DNA from: an uncultured Acidimicrobiia bacterium | GTDB lineage: Bacteria; Actinomycetota; Acidimicrobiia; Acidimicrobiales; AC-14 | NCBI GenBank assembly: GCA_963836205.1 | Contig: CAWIIV010000014.1 | Location: 128,001 to 192,000 of the forward strand | DNA length: 64,000 nucleotides | Direction: 5' to 3' | Shown here: positions 62,301-64,000 of the stretch, piece after piece | How the letters are laid out: each line of letters begins with the position of its first letter | Position numbering within the stretch: the stretch's first letter is position 1 | Made by a program: the position numbers and the translations under genes | Notes under the pieces: generated by a model | Database searches by the model: none | Seen by the model: only the letters and a program-made list of their open reading frames with translations | Told to the model about the DNA's origin: nothing

Positions 62301-63250
62301 GCCGGCTGCGGACGCCAGGGGTGAGGATGGGGGCGGCGGTGGCCGCCCTCGTCCTCGTCGCGGGGGTGCCGGTGCTGATCGGCGGCAACCGGGGCTATGG
62401 GTTGGGCACCACCGCCGCCATCGCCGTGATACTGGCCCTCGGCTACCAGGTCACCTACGGCCTCTCCGGGCAGCTGTCGGCGGCCCACGCTCCGCTGATG
62501 GGCATCGGCGCCTACACCATGGCCCAGCTCACCACCGCCCACGGATGGTCGTTCTGGGCCGCGCTGGTGCCGGCGGCCCTGGCCGCGGCCGCGGTAGGGG
62601 CGGTGGTCGGACTGCCCGGCCTGCGGGTGCGGGGCGACGTGCTCGCCCTCGTCACCCTGGGCGCGGGTGAGATCCTCCAGTCCCTGTACCTCAACACCAC
62701 CGCCTTCACCGCCGGGTCCGCCGGCATCTCCGGCATCCCCCTGGTGTCGGTGTTCGGCACCACGCTCGACTCGCGGGGGCTGTACGCGGTGGCCCTGGGG
62801 CTGGCGTTGGCCTCGCTGGTGCTGGTGCGGGGCCTGCGCGACTCGCCCCTCGGCCGATCGTGGACGGCGCTGCGTGACGACGAGGTGGCGGCCGCCGCCC
62901 TGGGAATACGCACCGGGCGCCTGCGCATCCTCGCCTTCGCGGTGGGCGCGGCCTTGGCCGGGGTGGCGGGCGCGGTGTACGCGGTGCAGGACGGGTTCGT
63001 GTCGTCGGTGTCGTTCGGGCTGGCCCAGACCGTCACCGTCATCCTGGTGGTGCTCGTCGCGGGCGAGGGCCGCCTCGGTCGGACGGTGGGCGCCGCCGTC
63101 CTCATGACCGCCCTGGTCGACCGCCTGGCCGGCTACGGGGGACTGTCGGAAGGCGTGACGGGCGCCTTCATCCTGGTGGTCGTGGCCGCCCGCCTGGGCC
63201 TGTTCGGCGGCCTGGCCGTACTCGGCCGCCGGGTCGCCCTGCGGTGGTGA
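62297..63250 (+). CDS. LivM-like ABC permease
   Basis: GLSGQLS, LRVRGD.LALVTL, GRSWTALRDDEVAA. Confidence 0.9.
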   Translation: MSRLRTPGVRMGAAVAALVLVAGVPVLIGGNRGYGLGTTAAIAVILALGYQVTYGLSGQLSAAHAPLMGIGAYTMAQLTTAHGWSFWAALVPAALAAAAVGAVVGLPGLRVRGDVLALVTLGAGEILQSLYLNTTAFTAGSAGISGIPLVSVFGTTLDSRGLYAVALGLALASLVLVRGLRDSPLGRSWTALRDDEVAAAALGIRTGRLRILAFAVGAALAGVAGAVYAVQDGFVSSVSFGLAQTVTVILVVLVAGEGRLGRTVGAAVLMTALVDRLAGYGGLSEGVTGAFILVVVAARLGLFGGLAVLGRRVALRW

Positions 63251-64000
63251 CCCGCCGGGCGCGGGAGGACGGCGGCGGCGGGCTTGTCCTGCGGGGCGTG
63301 TCCCGCGACTTCGCCGGTGTCCACGCGGTGGTGGGAGTGTCGCTGGCCGTCGCCCGGGGGGAGGTCGTCGGGCTGGTCGGGCCCAACGGGTCGGGGAAGA
63401 CGACGCTGGTGAACCTGGCCAGCGGGGCGGTGGCGCCCAGCGGGGGGACCGTGGCGGTCGACGGGGTCGACCTCACCGGCGCTTCCAGCCGCCGCTTCGC
63501 CGCCGCCGGGGTCGTGCGCACGTTCCAGTCCCTGCGGCTGTTCGAGGGCCAGCCGGTGCTGGCCAACGTGGTCGTCGGCGCCCAGCGCCGGGTGCGGCCG
63601 TCGCTGGCCGCAGCCTGCCTGCGCCCCCCTTCGTTCCGCCGCCGGGAGCGCGAGTTGCGGGAGCGGGCCCGGGAAGTCTTGGCCGCGGTGGGCCTGGCCG
63701 GGTTCGACGACCGTCCCGTGGAAGGGCTGTCGCTCGGGCAACGGCGACGGGTGGAGCTGGCCCGGGCGGTGGCGGCCGAGCCCTCCTACCTGGTGCTCGA
63801 CGAGCCCGCGGCCGGCATCGACCCGGAACAGGCGGAGGGGCTGGTGGCCCTGGTGCGGTCGCTGGCCGGCGCCGGCTGCGGGGTGCTGGTGGTGGAGCAC
63901 GACCCCGCCCTCGTCGACCGGGTGTGCGACCGGGTGGTGGGCATGGCCGACGGGGCGGTGGTCGCGTCCGGCACCTACGACGAGGTGGCCCGCCACCCCG
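63247..64000 (+). CDS. LivG-like ABC ATPase (runs off window)
   Basis: Manual translation gives GPNGSGKTT, RTFQ, LSLGQRRRVELAR, LDEPAAG and VEHD. Confidence 0.9.
   Translation, partial: MTRRAREDGGGGLVLRGVSRDFAGVHAVVGVSLAVARGEVVGLVGPNGSGKTTLVNLASGAVAPSGGTVAVDGVDLTGASSRRFAAAGVVRTFQSLRLFEGQPVLANVVVGAQRRVRPSLAAACLRPPSFRRRERELRERAREVLAAVGLAGFDDRPVEGLSLGQRRRVELARAVAAEPSYLVLDEPAAGIDPEQAEGLVALVRSLAGAGCGVLVVEHDPALVDRVCDRVVGMADGAVVASGTYDEVARHP

Overview
High-GC actinobacterial chromosome segment. The mIHF, SteA, MctB-like and arg/rib gene order and the rRNA sequence suggest Acidimicrobiia (inferred, not database-checked). It is mostly minus-strand housekeeping genes: mIHF-gmk-rpoZ-coaBC-metK-priA-def-fmt-mog-ribDEAH-hisG, infC-rpmI-rplT-trmH-HK-pheST, argCJBDFRGH-mpg-tyrS, one rRNA operon (16S-23S-5S), and tlyA-nadK-recN-steA-mctB. 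Notable elements: (1) a two-gene EACC1-like effector plus membrane-anchored caspase/NHL-propeller module between priA and metK, a candidate protease-activated conflict or defence system; (2) a full-length RT-encoding group II intron sitting in the probably leaderless start codon of a mog/moaB gene and rebuilding an ATG at its 3' end; (3) two group I introns in 23S rRNA, after U1911 (with a LAGLIDADG endonuclease) and after U1951 (ORF-less), separated by a 40-nt exon; (4) an accessory block between pheT and argC containing a stand-alone Cas4/AddB-like protein, a cupin, a multicopper oxidase and a DUF4239-like protein. Several essential genes carry single-base frameshifts, most likely sequencing indels, so fusion and pseudogene calls are treated cautiously. 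All calls come from reading the sequence and motifs; no searches were run.
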